Assembly (NCBI GenBank): GCA_964016885.1
Contig: OZ024740.1
Span: 393,328,001 to 393,392,000 of the forward strand
Source: Eledone cirrhosa
Taxonomy: Eukaryota
DNA: 64,000 nucleotides
Direction of reading: 5' to 3'
Position numbers and translations under genes: made by a program
Notes under the pieces: model-generated
Told to the model about the DNA's origin: nothing
The model's database searches: none
The model's input: only the letters and a program-made list of their open reading frames with translations
Part shown: positions 13,021 through 27,650 of the stretch, one piece after another
How the letters are laid out: each line of letters starts with the position of its first letter
Position numbering within the stretch: position 1 is the stretch's first letter

Positions 13021-13390
13021 CAGTTTATATGTATACATATGACTGGCCTGAGAAAGGGTATCAAGATGAAGAGAACATGTCAAATATGGAACATAATAAG
13101 CAAGATGGATTGCTCTGACCAGTCAGGTATCAGACTGTGATAGCTTATCCAACCCATGCTTGTGTGGAAAGCAGATGTAAAATAATGATAATGATGACGT
13201 GTTTGCAAAATGCTACGTATATATGTAAGCCTATATTTCAATCTGCCTGCAACAATAGAGGACTTAAAATTTTAAAGCTAAAATCATGGGTTTTATATTT
13301 CTATCTCTTTCAGTTATTTACCACGATAGCTAGCTATCTACCTATCTCTTTCACACATTCGCCTATATTATTATTATTATTATTATTATA

Positions 13391-13697
13391 GAGCGGTCGA
13401 TTGGCAGTATCGGTAGAGGGTCGGACGCCATGCTTTGACGTATAGAGTTACGGTCCTTGCCATTCTGAGTTCAAATCCCACCGAGGTTAACTTTGCCTTT
13501 CATCCTTACGGGGTCGATAAAATAAAGTACCAGTAATACACTGGGTAATTGCTGGCCTTGTGCCAAAAGTAGAAACAGTTATTCCCGCCGAGGTTGACTT
13601 TGCCTTTCATCCTTACGGGGTCGATAAAATAAAGTACCAGTAATGCACTGGGTAATTGCTGGTCTTGTGCCTAAAGTAGAAACAATTATTATTATTA
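13391..13697 (+). mobile_element. tRNA-derived SINE with tandemly duplicated 3' half
   Basis: TGGCAGTATCGG A-box, GAGTTCAAATCC B-box, GCCTTTCATCCTTACGGGGTCGATAAAAT core occurring twice, (ATT)n tail. Confidence 0.85.
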
Positions 13698-14409
13698 CAA
13701 TTTTTTTTTTTTTTTACAAAACCCACCTCGAAAACTTGTCTCTCTCTCTCTCTTCCTCATCATTCATCACAATGTGTGGAGCGATGCACTGACTTTCTCT
13801 CTCATACTTGTAGAAATATTCATTCTGCTTGTGGTAATGGAGGACTTCAAATTTTAAAGCTAAGATCATGGTTTTTATATTCCTATCTCTCACCCTGTCT
13901 GTCTTAACATTATATCCCCTTAGTTGTAGTGCCACAATAAAAATCGATCCAGTACACTCTGATAAGTGGTTGGTGTTATGAAGATCATCAAACTGCAGCA
14001 ATCATGACAAACTATAATACACTACACTAGAATACATGACACTACACGCTAATACAGTACAATACACTACCTAGCACCATAGTACATGAAACTACACTGC
14101 AATTAAAGTCACTACACAACACTATAGTACAGACACTTCACAATACTGGGATAAATCTGGCCCTTTGAATTACTGGTACAGTCCACTCAACAGGCTTCTA
14201 GTCAGTTTTCATTTACCCAATTTTACTCATAGATGAAACTTGTTGAAGATGCTGTATAATTATAATGGAGTCAAACCCAGAACCATGTGAATGAGAAGTA
14301 GACCAGTGAACTTCTTAGCTATCTAGTAATGGGAATATATACAAGAAACATAATCATCATCAAGTGTTATCTACTCTCAGCAGGTTCAATACCATGGATT
14401 GCTCTAATA

Positions 14410-14729
14410 CAGGTGTGTACAACATATTCCATTGGCGGACAACTTTTAAACATTGGAACAACTATTAGGGCCATTAATATTTATTAAGCACTATTCCAAA
14501 GATTCACCACAACTTCTTTCCATAACACGGAACTGGGAAATTATAACACACATAACCCTATCAGTGAAGCCCTTTAGTATAGGTCAACTAGCAGAAAATT
14601 GTATTATGGTTATGAAAAAAAATTCTAAATAAGCCCACAAAGTAAAAATTAAAAACGATCATTGCGGGCCACTCTGACTGGTCTGGCGGGCTGGAATGTG
14701 GCCCGTGGGCCACCTGTTGCACGCCCCTG
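14410..14729. mobile_element. hAT (Charlie-like) non-autonomous DNA transposon
   Basis: Imperfect TIRs CAGGTGTGTACAAC / GTTGCACGCCCCTG; 8-bp TSD CTCTAATA at 14402-14409 and 14730-14737. Confidence 0.85.
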
Positions 14730-16092
14730 CTCTAATACTATCAATAGTTTATTATGACTGTGTACATGGTAGGGCTCCAATCTCTTCCAGGGTGACTGGT
14801 AGGCCATGGCATGGATTTGAACTTACAATACAAATGGCTAAAACAAATACTACAACATATCTTGTCTGGCGTTTTAGTGTTTCTGACAGTCCACTGCCCT
14901 AGACTTATATTTTATTTACCGACCACAAAAGGTTGAAAGACAAAGTTGACCCAAGTGGCATTTTGTCTGATTTAAAAATATAATATTTGGAAACAAAAAA
15001 ATTTGAAAACAGAAAATAAATTTGTTGTAGATATTTTTGATATTTTTTTTATTGTATTTGCTATTATTGTTGAAGTTTCCTTTCTCCCTTGTTTTTATTT
15101 TAATATTTCATGGTTTCAGAAAAATAGCAAAGGTTAAGACATTCCACTACTGACTAGTCCTGAGTTTATATTACATGTTCTCCCACACTCTTACTACCAA
15201 CCACCATTCATCACCATGCAGGGCACTTAATTCTACATGCTTCAGTTCACCCAGTTATGTGAAAACAGAGTACCAAATGTTTGAGGAATGCTTCCTGTGA
15301 CAATAGGCAGACTGGCATTCCATTCAGGAATAGATTTATCTCTTGATTGGTTCCTTAAAGCTACAGACCTACAGCTAAAGGACACCACCAGACCTGCAGC
15401 TTAAACAGTAGTGATTTAATTGAGTGTGCCCCCTGTTGCACGAGGAAACATTTATCATTTATTGCCAATATTTTGTGAAGTTGTTTAGAAATTTGGTGTC
15501 ATATTTGTAACCGGAAATGAAACTGGGGGGAAAAAATAGAAAAAAAGGGATACAAATCAAACCAAATGTACTACTACTACTGGAAATACAACTACTGCTA
15601 CTAATAAATAAATATATATATATATAAAGAATAATTGGATCTGCATGAATGCATAATTATGACATGACATCTACACATGAAGGGTCAAAATAGCTGTATA
15701 TTATTTTTTAACCCATTGGCCAATTATATTATTTATCTTGAAGGCAGAAATTAATGGATTTTTTGTAAAGTTGTTTATGATTCAATTATTATTATTATTG
15801 TTTCTTGTTATGTTGTTTTTGCTGTTACTGTATGCATGTGTGTGTTTGTGTCATTTCCTATTTCAAAGACCACATGGTTAAAATAAACAAACAAATAAAT
15901 AATGGAAAAGCTTATTATCAGCAGAAGCTAACTTTTTTCTTTTCGTTTTCTTTGTCTTTATTTTCTTTTTTACTTTTACTTGTTCTTGGAAACTTCTAAC
16001 CAATTTATCAACCAAATTTCTACAAAATTTTACAAATCCAGGTCAAATTTCCAAAATATGATTTTTAAAGCATGTCTGAATGTGCAGTAATA

Positions 16093-16537
16093 ATGGTTTC
16101 TGATTTAGGCACAAAGCCAACAATTTGGGAAGGGGAAAGTCAATTAAATCGACCCCAGTGCATTACTGGTATTTTGTTTTATTGACCCTGTAAGGATGAA
16201 AAGCAAAGTTAACCTTGGCAGGATTTGAACTCAGATCGTAAAGGGCCATAACTCTATGCATAAAGCATGTTGTCCGTTGCTCTACCGATACTTTCTATCC
16301 GCTGCCCTTGAATGTGCAATAATAATGATAATGGTTTCTGATTTTGGCACAAGGTCAGCAATTTTGGGGGAAAGGAAAGTCAAGTAAATCAACCCAAGTG
16401 AGTTACGGTACTTTATCAGATCAGTAAGGATGAAAGGCAAAGTTAACCTCAGCTGAATTTGGACTCAGTACGTAAAGGGCCGTAACTATATGCCACAAAC
16501 CATGTTGTCCTACTCTCTACGGATACTGCCAATTCAA
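16093..16537 (-). mobile_element. Two tandem tRNA-derived SINEs (same family as 13391)
   Basis: Two reverse-complement copies of the core (AAGGATGAAA..CAAAGTTAACC..GAACTCAG). Confidence 0.8.
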
Positions 16538-16589
16538 ATGATAGTAATAATTATTATTATTGTGATTTCTTTTGTCACGCAGTGTAGAT

Positions 16590-17040
16590 GGAAAATGCAC
16601 CGAAGTATGGCCCTTTACGTTCCGAGCTCAAATCTGACGAGGTTAAATTTGCCTTTCATCCTTACAGCGTCGATAAAATAAAGCATGAGTAAGCACTGGG
16701 ATAATTGCTGACCTTGTGCCAAAAGTAGAAACATTATTATTAATATTATTATTTACATCATTAGTTAGGCAGCAGATAGGCACAGTTAATGCATCAGAGA
16801 GAACAACTTGCAGTAATCATTCTGGATTTCTGTACTCTGAGTTTAAATCCTATCGGGATCAACTTCATCTTCTAACCTTTCAGGGGTGATAAATAAAGTA
16901 TAAACCCAAGGTGGTGGATTGGCAGAATACTTAGTGGCAGAGAAAATGCCTTGTAGCATGCATTTTGGTCTTTTACATTCCGAGTTTAAATCCCAGTAAG
17001 GTCAACTTTGCTTTTCATACTTTCACAATCAATAGAATAG
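16590..17040 (+). mobile_element. Three decayed tRNA-derived SINE copies
   Basis: GAG(C/T)T(C/T)AAATC B-box plus core variants near 16625, 16840 and 16982. Confidence 0.7.
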
Positions 17041-19249
17041 TCAATTGAAGTCAATTTAATACTTGCTGTTTACTCCAGGGGTGGCTTGGAGTTTGGATTT
17101 TTTTTTCACGGGTTATTCTAGATGGTTCTGGCTACCTGTGCCAAATTTTATAAAGATTTGTTGAGAAACGGTAACGTTTCAGGTCATAAACTTTCAGACT
17201 TATTATATAGATACAGTGCATGCATGTTATATGACACAGGTACTGTATTGAACAAGAATCTAATACTCATGATATGTCTTTGAGGAGAATGTATTATAAG
17301 CCATTTCTAATTTAAAAAGTAATATGCTAACAAACAGGAAGAGGTGAAAAAATTACATAATGAATGAAAGGGAAGTGAAGGGAGAGGGAGAGTCTATACC
17401 CCTGGCTAGGCAGTATATCTCAGCTAGAGCCCACAGACAAGATGATGAAAGTCTTGCAATGAAGAATGACCAGCAACACCTGTTACATTGGTTACTTTGA
17501 TAATAATATATGGCACTGAAGTGAAAATAGTTTAATTAAAATGTAGACAACATGGGCCCAATCATCCTCAAGAATAATAATTTGTAACATAGTGTTTTGT
17601 AAAGAAGTGTACTTACAATAGTAAAGGAAAGGAAACAACACTTTTCTCTTGTCTATTATTCTTTGTCAAAATGGCTAAAATGTTTCTTTTATTGTATTAT
17701 TTGTTGTCATTTTTTAACACATGAGCATTTGTACGATGTTTGACAAATTTTCTGAGCTTCAAGCTTATTTCTTATACATTAAGAATAAATTATGTTTGTT
17801 AGTCAGGAAGATAGAGAAAAGCAAAGCTATATACCATAGGCAATCAAAGCAACTGTAGAGATGTCTGAACTTACAACCAGATGGTCAATAATCCAACACC
17901 ATATTCTTACAGGGACAAATTCAAACAATTCATCTCAAAGTTATTTAAAATAAAAAATAAAAAAGCAGAAAATGCAAACATCCGTTTCATGTTATATATT
18001 AAAATTAATTAAAAATCATTATGGTATATGTCAATGTAGAAGACAAAATATAAACAAAACAAAACAAAAGGAAAAGAAAAAAGAAAATCATCTCCAAACT
18101 GTTGGTTGCCTTAAATAGAGAGTATATAAACTGAACCTTAGAATTCTGTGATTTGGAGTGTTGCCAATCATGATGGAGAACACTGCAGAACACTTGTGTA
18201 TCTTCAATGGTGTTGCCACTGAATATATTTTAATGAAATATAAAGGTATGTTTGGAAAGCTGGATCAATAGTAAGGTTATATTGGAATAATAAAAATATA
18301 TTTAAAACTTCTCTAGTATACCCCAGAATAGCCATAAAGCAAGCTTAAATAACAGGCATCTGTTGCTATTTGTAACAGTTGACAAATAGTCAAAATGAAC
18401 TGTCTTAATTTTAATAACCAAGACTGTGTTGCATAGTAGTCAGCTTAACATCATCATTCTACTGGTCATTGGGATTGTTGTTAATTCAGACAGTAGACTC
18501 CCAGTGGTAAGTGTCAGATTCCAACACCTCTGTGACTGTCAAAATACTGTCATGATCACTAAATAGAAATATTTATAACCATAATAATCTTTATATAACT
18601 GTAGGTTACAAAAGTTGGTTGTGGTTCAAAATAAATCGAAAGATGCTAAAAACACACAGGGTTATCTTGTTAAAAATACCCATACACTAACTAAACCAAA
18701 ATTTAGAACCTACTATTGTGAAATATTGTTGGGACGTGTTATACAGAGTGTATATAACTAAAATCTTAAATGTTAATGATTAACATCCTGTACTGCACGA
18801 AACTACATTAGCAAGTCATTCTTGAAAAGTATAAAAATAGCACTATGGCTGCATCACATTTACAATTTAATCTAGTACTGTAAGTTTTCTCAACAATCTG
18901 TCCACTAATAAAGATATTATAAACATTTGAATTAACAAACCTGTTTTTAGGCATTGTCTGCTAAATTATTATAGGATGTTAAAGAGTTACAGGAACATTC
19001 TGTGGGTCATCTTATACATTGACATATATAGTATCACCACACATATTTCTTATTTCCGTGATTATATAATGTGATTGGATATATATGTCCATATATATAT
19101 ACATATACATACACAAATGATATTCAAGGAATGTAATGTGTAAGTGTTTGGGACTAAAAGTGTGTGCATATAAGTGCAGCAAAAATATTTTCATGCATAT
19201 ATTCTTTCATTCTTTTACTGGCTTCAGTCATTGGTCTGTAGCTATGCTG

Positions 19250-20529
19250 GAGGTAGGTGAGGAAGTGGACTCAACAGAGGGACCAGCTGTACAAAGCAGC
19301 AGCAGCATAGTATGTAAGGCAATTAAGGATATGAAGATAGGCAAAGCAGTTGAACTATGGAGAGTAGTTTATGAGATACTGAAAGCATCTGGGATGGTAC
19401 GACACATGTTACCCCTCCCTCTCTGCATCGTAAACCAAGTAATACAAAATGGTGTCATACCCAATCACTCGTATAGCAGCATCCTCATCAATTGCTACAA
19501 GTGTAAAAGAGATGCACTTGACAGAGGAAACTACTTAAGCATCAAATTGATGGACCAGGTAATGAAAGTTACAGAAAGAGTCATTGCACAGCTGACTAGG
19601 GATTTAATTAACCTAGATGAGATGCAGTTTGGATTTGTGCCCCTTTCCTTGTGAGGTAACTGCAGCAGAAGTACCTAGCTAAAAGTAAGCACCTCTACTT
19701 AGCATTTGTTGACGTGGAGAAAGCATTTGACAGAGTCCATCATTCCATAATCTGGTGGGCGCTTAGGAAACTAGGAGTAGATGAGTGATGGATGTGAAGG
19801 CAGTTCAAGCCGTGTACAGAGGAGCAGTTAGCAAGGTTAGAATTAATAATGATATAGTCAGGAGTTTAGCATGCAAGTAGGGGTCCACCATACACCTCCC
19901 ATGTCTTAACACTACCCCTGTCCTCTTTCCTTCACCAGCTAAGTACCCCATATTAGACCTACCTCTCCAATCCCCATCTTGCAAGCGCACACCACAGCCT
20001 CCTCCACCTTCCACATTTTATACATTCCCTCTGTCCAACTCATGCATAGAAGATTGGAAAGCTAGAATACCTCTCCCATAATGCTGCTGTAATGACAAAA
20101 AGCACTTAGTCCACCCTGTAAGGTGGTCATACTGGTGACAAGAAAAGCCCCTAGTCAACCATGTAAGGTGGTTGTATTGGTGACATGACAAAATGCACCC
20201 AGTCCACCCTATAGAGTGGTTGTGTTGGTGACACAACAAAAAGCACCTGGTTCACCCTGCAATGTGCTTGTGCTGGTTAAACAATGAAAAATACCCAGTC
20301 CAACCCATCAGACAGTCATTTTGGTGCCATCATGAAAGCACCCAATCTATGCTGTAATGTGATTGGCATTAGAAAGGGCATCCAGCCATAGAAACAAGCC
20401 TGAAACAATTCTGTATGAGCAAGACATGGTCACCTGATCTGACTTGTCTCACAATGGGACAACTCCTCTAACCCATGCTAGCATGGAAAAATAGATGTTA
20501 AATGGTGATGATAATGATGATGATGATGA
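19250..20529 (+). mobile_element. Decayed RTE LINE with internal deletion
   Basis: ORF 19136-19654 homologous to RTE RT ([16 protein letters not shown]), broken by stops; RTE-type UTR repeats and (GAT)n tail near 20510. Confidence 0.85.
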
Positions 20530-21385
20530 ATGGTATGTCAGTCAGTTTGTTGGTCAGCCAGTCAGTCTGTTTGCCTGTCAGCAGGCAGTATGCACAGATT
20601 TCACAATCTCATATTTCAATAATTTCATTTAGTCTTCCACTTCTGTCAAGTCAAAATGGCAGAAAATTAATCCTGGGAAATTAATGTTTGTAATTCATAA
20701 CAGCAAAGAAGAGAATTTCGTGATTTATTATGTGGGGGAGCTTTTTTTTCTTTTTTTTTTCGTTTATTTTTTATTTTACAAGAACATTTCATGCATATAT
20801 ATTATTGACAGAAATAAATAAATAACAAAAATAAATAAATTATAATGATAAAAAGAAATTTACTTCCAAAAATACAGCAGCAGTTTTTAAATTTCCTTCC
20901 CTAAGATGATGCTGCTATTGTGAATAAAAATAAATATATAAACAAAAATTAAATATAGAAGACAAAAGCACCCCCACCCCCATCACCTCAACTACTGCTA
21001 CTACTACAACAACAAAAACAATACTAAATAAAAAAAAAACAGTAAAAAAATAAATGAATGACCTAAGAAAATTTGAGATTTGCAGACAAAGTTTGAGGGG
21101 AAAATGTTAAGGGAGATATGACACAAAATAGTAGAGGAAGGCTGATGGTATGGGTGTAATGGGGGAACGGGAAGAGAAAGAACAATAACAATGACAACAA
21201 CAAAAATGACAAAGACTGACAGCAGCAATAAACAAAAATAAAGTATGCTCATTTCCTAGCACTCTCTATCTTACTCTCTCCTACTCACAGACACAAACAC
21301 ACAGTACATATATAAGCACCCATTCTTTTGGAACATCATGATGCAACAGAGGTTCCCATCAGAATTGTGTGCGTGTGTGTGTGTA

Positions 21386-21584
21386 TCATCATCATCATTT
21401 AATGTCCATCTTCCACGCTAGCATGGGTTAGACGGGAGTTGTCCCACTTGAGGCAAGGTTGGTCGGGTGACCGTGTCTCACTCATATAGGACTATCTGGC
21501 AGGTTTTCTATGGCTGGATGCCCTTCCTAACACCAACCACATTTACAGTGTGGAACTGGGAACTTTTTACCGTGTTACCTACAC

Positions 21585-21586
<2 letters not shown>
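21386..21586 (-). mobile_element. RTE family A-like 3' UTR fragment
   Basis: Homology to the family A UTR; (CAT)n at the left, (TA)n at the right. Confidence 0.85.
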
Positions 21587-21645
<59 letters not shown>

Positions 21646-21959
21646 CAATAAATAGTTATGTGCATGCATAAATGTATGTGTGTATATATATATATATATT
21701 TATTTATATGTATGTAGATCCTGAGTAAAATCAAGGGGTAACTACAGTTAAGAAAGGTACTCAGTATATTAGTAGAGTGTAAACATAACTATTTATTATA
21801 GAAATGGCTTTTACAGGACTAGAAGTGTTTGATTAATATGATGTGTGTGTGTGTGTGTGTGTATGTAGTAATATCAGTAGGTGTAAAAAGTAAATCAGTG
21901 CTTAATCGAGAAGAAAGCAGAAATAACATATTATATATTTATGTTCATACACGGAACAA

Positions 21960-22912
21960 AAGTGCTACCCAAGATTTCAAGGCCTAATTATTGACCACAC
22001 CTCCAGAATGCAAGAGAGATCAAAATTGTGATCTATCTTGAGGCGCTTATACAAGTTTACAAGATACCATTAAAAATAATTGTTTCTACTTTTGGCACAA
22101 GGCCAGCAATTACCCAGTACATTACTGGTACTTTATTTTATCGACCCCCGTAAGCATGAAAGGCAAAGTTAATCTCGACGGGATTTGAACTCAAACCGTA
22201 AAGGGACATAACTATGCTAGAAAGCATGGCATCCAACCCTCTACCGATACTGCCAATTCACCACCCTTTAAAAATAATATACCATTAAAAATAATGTGTG
22301 CTAAAACTGTTAGTTTACGAAAAACGTATTATAACTCCAATATATAAATTTGGAAAGCAAGATCATTCACGTGACTATCTTAGTGAGAAATTTAGAATAT
22401 AACAAGGTTTGTCATCTCTAAACAATATTTATTTGAACTCAACGAGTAAAATTTTTAGAGGATGCCTCCATCTCAAAACCCAACTGCTTGGTAAATGGAA
22501 ATACTAAACAAATTCAACTGATTTTCGACCACCTTAATTTAATTTATATATTTCCGTTATATCTTTTCTTCCTCTTTCTACACTTACATAATACATTACA
22601 CTTTCTATACGACTCTACTCCATACCTTAATAAATATTACCATCTCTTTATTACATTCCACAACATAATACAATACTTCTGCTATAGCATACAAACACTA
22701 ACATATTAATGATGTCACTTCTCAAATTTATATCTTGGAGTTATTTCCCTTTGTTATAATATGTTTTTTGTAAACTAGTGTTTTTTGAGCACACATTACT
22801 TTTAACGGTGTCTTATAAACTCAAATAAATGCCTGAAGATAGGTCACAATTTTGATGCCCCTTGTATTTTGGGTGTAGTCAGTAACTGGGCCTTGAAAAC
22901 TTGGGCAGCAAT
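21960..22912. mobile_element. Old DNA transposon/MITE with long (~180 bp) diverged TIRs
   Basis: CCCAAGATTTCAAGGCC..CAAAATTGTGATCTATCTT..GTGTGCT is inverted against AGCACAC..AAGATAGGTCACAATTTTG..GGCCTTGAAAACTTGGG. Confidence 0.7.
22081..22268 (-). mobile_element. tRNA-derived SINE inserted in the left TIR
   Basis: Full SINE homology; flanking duplication ATACCATTAAAAATAAT at 22064-22080 and 22279-22295. Confidence 0.88.
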
Positions 22913-23289
22913 CTTTAAGATAAATAAAGAAAATATATATATATATATCCTCATCATTTTATGTAAGCTTTCAATGTTGGCACGGCTTTGAACACCTACA
23001 CACACATATATAGTTTTGATTTCAAAATTAGGCAGTGTGAGTTACAATGATAATATCATTTAAAAAAACACATGGGATATATACAGGAAACAGAAAACTT
23101 GGAAGAGACACACATATGGACAATCCCCATTCATCAGCTGTTTTCTGGGAATCATTATAGTTCCAGATGCTTCTAAAAACAGGAGTATTCACCACCAGTG
23201 CACCAATAGTACCTAAAGAAAGATATCTATTCAGAATGAAAACACAACTTTATGCCATGGAGAAGCACTACTGATGCTATATTCCTAGT

Positions 23290-23670
23290 GAGACAACTGC
23301 AAGAGAAGTGCTTAGTTCAGAATAAGTGCCTATACCTTGCATTCACAAGCCTGGAAAATGACTTTGACATGAGTGCAGAAGATCTCTGACATCTAAAAAG
23401 AAATGAAACATGCATGCTATGCTGGATGTGTAATGTACACGAATAATAGAGTACATGTAAGCTAGGAGAATAGCTGACTATAAGAGGAATTGAATATAGC
23501 ATGCTTGAGAGATGATTGCACTGGTATAGTCATGTGATCTCTAAGAACAATGAACATTCTTTTGAAAAGTGTCAAGAGTTTGAAGTGGATGGGACCTGTG
23601 TATGAGGGAGGGCCTATGAAGACATGGGACAAAGCTGTGAAAAATGACCTGCATGATGATGATACATCTA
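23290..23670 (+). mobile_element. Highly decayed RTE 3' fragment
   Basis: Remnants ..AEDL.HLKRNETCMLCWMCN..GPMKTWD; short (GAT)n tail. Confidence 0.65.
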
Positions 23671-24274
23671 AATGAAAATGCAGGCACATATAAAAATGTA
23701 CATATGTATATATTTATACATTTATATAGATACACACACATAGACACACATAAATATGCCAGGACTCTTCAGTTGTGTCAAAGATATGACAATCTTCTAG
23801 TGTTGGTGATCTACATGATAAATGCACTGAGTAGACTCAGGAAGAGCATCCAGCCGTATAAATCCTGGCAAACAAAATGTTGGAAGGACCTTCACCCATG
23901 TCAAAGACATAACAACCTTCCTAGTGCTGGTGTCATGATCAAATACACTCAGTAGAGCGTAGGATAGTATGCAAGTGAAATATTGGTACCTGAGTCATCT
24001 GAGAGGTCCGTAGCCATGCTTGAGTACTGACTCAGTCTGTGAAGACCCATCCAACACTTGCTAACATGGAAAACAGACGTTAATTGATGATGACAATAAT
24101 GACGATACTCACGTGACTGCACATATACATAATGTAAATGGTTAAGACTTTTTGTTGGTATTCATTAAATATATAGATACATAACCACAGAAATGCCTGC
24201 AAGGTTAAATTGACTTTGCAACTACATGATTGCAAGTTTGGTTTCATTATGTAGCAGCTCCATGTGTATATATT

Positions 24275-24310
<36 letters not shown>

Positions 24311-24320
24311 GATGTATGTG

Positions 24321-24368
<48 letters not shown>

Positions 24369-24387
24369 AACAAACACAGATATCTCT

Positions 24388-24626
24388 TTATCCTTTCATT
24401 ACCATATTTCTAATGAAACACACACTATTTCAATTAATTAATGAAGAATTTTGAAGGATTTACTAAAATAACTGTCTATTTCAGAACTAAGATAGTAACT
24501 TGGTATATGGTTCTTATATAAGATTATGTTGGAAGATTTTTATTTAAATTGGAAACCTTTAAAATTGGTTTTTTATCTTTCATGAACCAGAGCAGGCTTT
24601 TGACGGGTTGGTAACAAGAGGGTTAA
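24388..24626. mobile_element. Short MITE-like repeat (TTAA-ended, piggyBac-like)
   Basis: Homologous to the split copy at 25371-25471 plus 26150-26281; ends GGGTTAA. Confidence 0.5.
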
Positions 24627-24669
24627 TTTTTCAAGTTTAATACACATTTTTTCAAAAACTTTGAAATTA

Positions 24670-24838
24670 CTGTATTTCCTGGCGTCAAAGACACTACTTT
24701 TTCCCTAAAATAAGTCTAAAAAATCTACCATGCGTCCTGGAGGCAGAAGGTTGTTTTTTTATTTTTTTTCAAATTTTTGGTTGTCAAAATTAGGGTGCGT
24801 CCTTGAGGATGAAGCGTCTTCGGCGCCAGGAAATACGG
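24670..24838. mobile_element. Tc1/mariner-pogo-type MITE
   Basis: TIRs CTGTATTTCCTGGCGTCAAAGAC / GTCTTCGGCGCCAGGAAATACGG; TA at the left end. Confidence 0.8.
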
Positions 24839-25471
24839 TTATAATTATACACAAGAATTAAATATTGCCCTTTTGTGGTCAAATAATGTATAGATATATT
24901 TGGGATGGTATGACTGAAAATAAGTTATATATATTGTCTAAACTAACTGAGGCGTCATCAATATTTTCAATCATGATGGTAATAATACATCTTTCTATGA
25001 TATGATAATATATTAAATGTTTATCATATTTCCCAAGTATTCATTAAAGATGTAAATTTCATATTGCTGATGCCAATATTGATACCTCATATTTGAGATC
25101 TTATCAATCAATGTCTCATGATTAAATGCAACAAAATTTTGCTTAGGTATTATTGATAGGAAAAAACAAAACAAAAACAACACAAAAACAGAAATAAACT
25201 TGACATTAGTAGCATTGAAATAATCTTTCTCTTTTACACTTTTCTTAACAGAAATTCACATACTTGGCTGTCTCTACCTTTTGTCTTACATTGGTATGTT
25301 GTTCCCATCTTCTATGAAATTTCTTTTATATTGAGACATATGGTAGTCATGTGAAAGTTTGGACTTTGTTTTAACCATTTCATGATCATATTTCTAATGA
25401 AATAGACTCTGTTTCAATTAATTAACAATTTTGAAAGATTATTAAAATCATTAAATATTTCATTACTAAGA

Positions 25472-26149
25472 CTAGCAGAAAAACCACCCTTCGGGTGGTT
25501 TCCTGCTAGCATGTGGAATGTGCATATTGATATTATACGCAAGTATATATGCATGTAGATAAGCATCAAGATAAGCATGTAGATAAGCATAAATAGATAT
25601 ACGCAAGTATATATGCATCAAATAAAATTGTAATTTACAATATACACAAAAATTGAATGAAGACTGTGTTACACTGTCTTATGTAATCAGTAACATAATT
25701 CATGATACATTAAACAGACGATATTATATATAAACTGCATTAGGAGAAAATTAGTGATGGAAATATATCAATGTTTATTTAAGCGATCACTAACCGGAGG
25801 TGTTGACATTTAAAAATTTCAAAGAAGTGAATCTTTAAATAAACAACAAAATATCTTTAATCAACAGCTACGAAATTTAGTAGATAAATTATATAGTAGT
25901 CATTCATTATTTATTCAAAGTAAACGGCCCTTGCCATTCTGAGTTCAAATCCCGCCGAGGTTAACTTTGCCTTTCATCCTTACGGGGTCGATAAAATAAA
26001 GTACTAGTAATACACTGGGTAATTGCTGGCCTTGTGCCAAAAGTAGAAACAATTATTTATTCAAAGTAATCCAATTTATTTTACTAATGGGATAAAATAA
26101 TTATAAACCATACGCAGTCCCGCACTCCTTACTTTATTATAGTTTAGAT
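25472..26149 (+). mobile_element. Non-autonomous Helitron/Helentron-like insertion
   Basis: Starts CTAGCAGAAAAACCACCC-TTCG-GGTGGTTTCCTGCTAG hairpin, ends TTTATTATAGTTTAGAT; interrupts a MITE whose halves join cleanly. Confidence 0.55.
25924..26051 (+). mobile_element. 5'-truncated tRNA-derived SINE with 18-bp TSD
   Basis: TSD ATTATTTATTCAAAGTAA at 25906-25923 and 26052-26069. Confidence 0.9.
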
Positions 26150-27349
26150 AGTAAGTTAATGTAAGGTTCAATATAAAATTATGTTAGAAGATTTTAATTT
26201 AAATTGGAAACTTTTAAAATGGGTGGTTTTATTTCAAAGAATCAGAGCCGGTTTTGGCCGGGTTGGTAACTAAACGTTTAAAGTTAGATACTGGACTCAG
26301 AATAACCAAAATAACAACTAGCTGCTCAGTTTCCCTTTTCTTCTAGATAGAAGACTGCCTTCAATTTCTCTGAACTTATGTACAATATTTCCTTAGATAC
26401 TATGGTCAAGAATGACAACTTCATTATGTAGTAAATGTGTTTAAATATGAAAACAACTCTACTGACTTTCACAAGTGAATGAAAAATACTTTGTACTTTT
26501 GTGACAAAGCAACTGTGTGCATCAGTTTATAAACTGTATAGTAAAATTAAGTATAAACTTATTTATGTACACTGTCACAACCAAAATCAAATTGATTTAC
26601 CCCCCCCCCCCCAAAAAAAAACCCATCAATGTGTTATTTTCACAATATTAATTTAACAGCAGGTGCATTTTTACAGCCAACATTGATAAAGTTTAAAAAA
26701 ACACATTTGCTTTTATTTTGTTTAGAATGTGCTAATTTTTTCAATGATCTCATTTTGTATTTTATTCAAAAGTCAGTGGAAATTTGACTAACACAGCTTT
26801 TCCCATACAATGCGAAATGGCTTGCTGTGTGATTAAAATGATACTAAAGAAATGTCAGTGCATATTATTGTAGTATGGCAGAAGTAGGTATCTAGAAGCT
26901 CCAATAGTTAGCATTTGTCTATTTGGAGACAATCTTTTATAGTTCCAAACTCTGTAATCTGGTGTGAACTAAGGAAGTTATGGTAAATGAATGACTTTTA
27001 CCAGCCATGTAGAAAGGCACAATCAGTAAAGTGAGAGTCAGCAATGAGTTCAACAAGAACTTCAGTGTGCAGATAGGAGTTCATTAGATTTCAATTCTCA
27101 GCTGCTTCCTGTTTATCATAATCCTTCAGGTTATAACAGACTAGCTGTCTATTGCAACTACTGCATGTTGATGACATATTTCTTATAGAAGAACTTGTCA
27201 AAGGATAAGAGAAGAAATTCCAGCAAAAGCTTGTGGCTATTGAACCCCTCCCCACTTAATTTCAATCAGCATCATGGTTGCCTTGAAAGAATAGAGACAA
27301 TATAGGAAGGATAGGATTTCCTAGCCTTGCTGAAAATAAGGTAACTTCT

Positions 27350-27650
27350 CTAGTGTTGGTGTCGTGATAAAATGCCCCCAATACACTCTGTAAATTGGTT
27401 GGCAATAAAAAAAAAAGTCAATGTAGGGTTAAGAAAACTCAAATGTGGGTGCAATGATAAAATGTATCCTGTACACTCTATGAATTGGTCGGTATTAAGA
27501 AGGACATCCAACCATAGAAACCAGGCAAAAAACGAATCAAGATGTAGTTGATATAATAGGGCAGTAAATCCCCCAAAAGAACTAAGATGGGACATAATTG
27601 TATGATACATGCCAACATAGAAAGTGGATGTGAAAATGATGATGATGATA
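27350..27650 (+). mobile_element. Decayed RTE-tail-bearing repeat
   Basis: ACACTCTGTAAATTGGTTGG and GAAGGACATCCAACCATAGAAA motifs; (GAT)n tail. Confidence 0.55.

Noticed and set aside
20090-20370. CRISPR-like spaced repeats (AAAAGCACCCAGTCCACCCTGTAAGGTGG)
   Set aside because: Degenerate tandem subrepeats of an RTE 3' UTR in eukaryotic DNA; no unique spacers or cas genes
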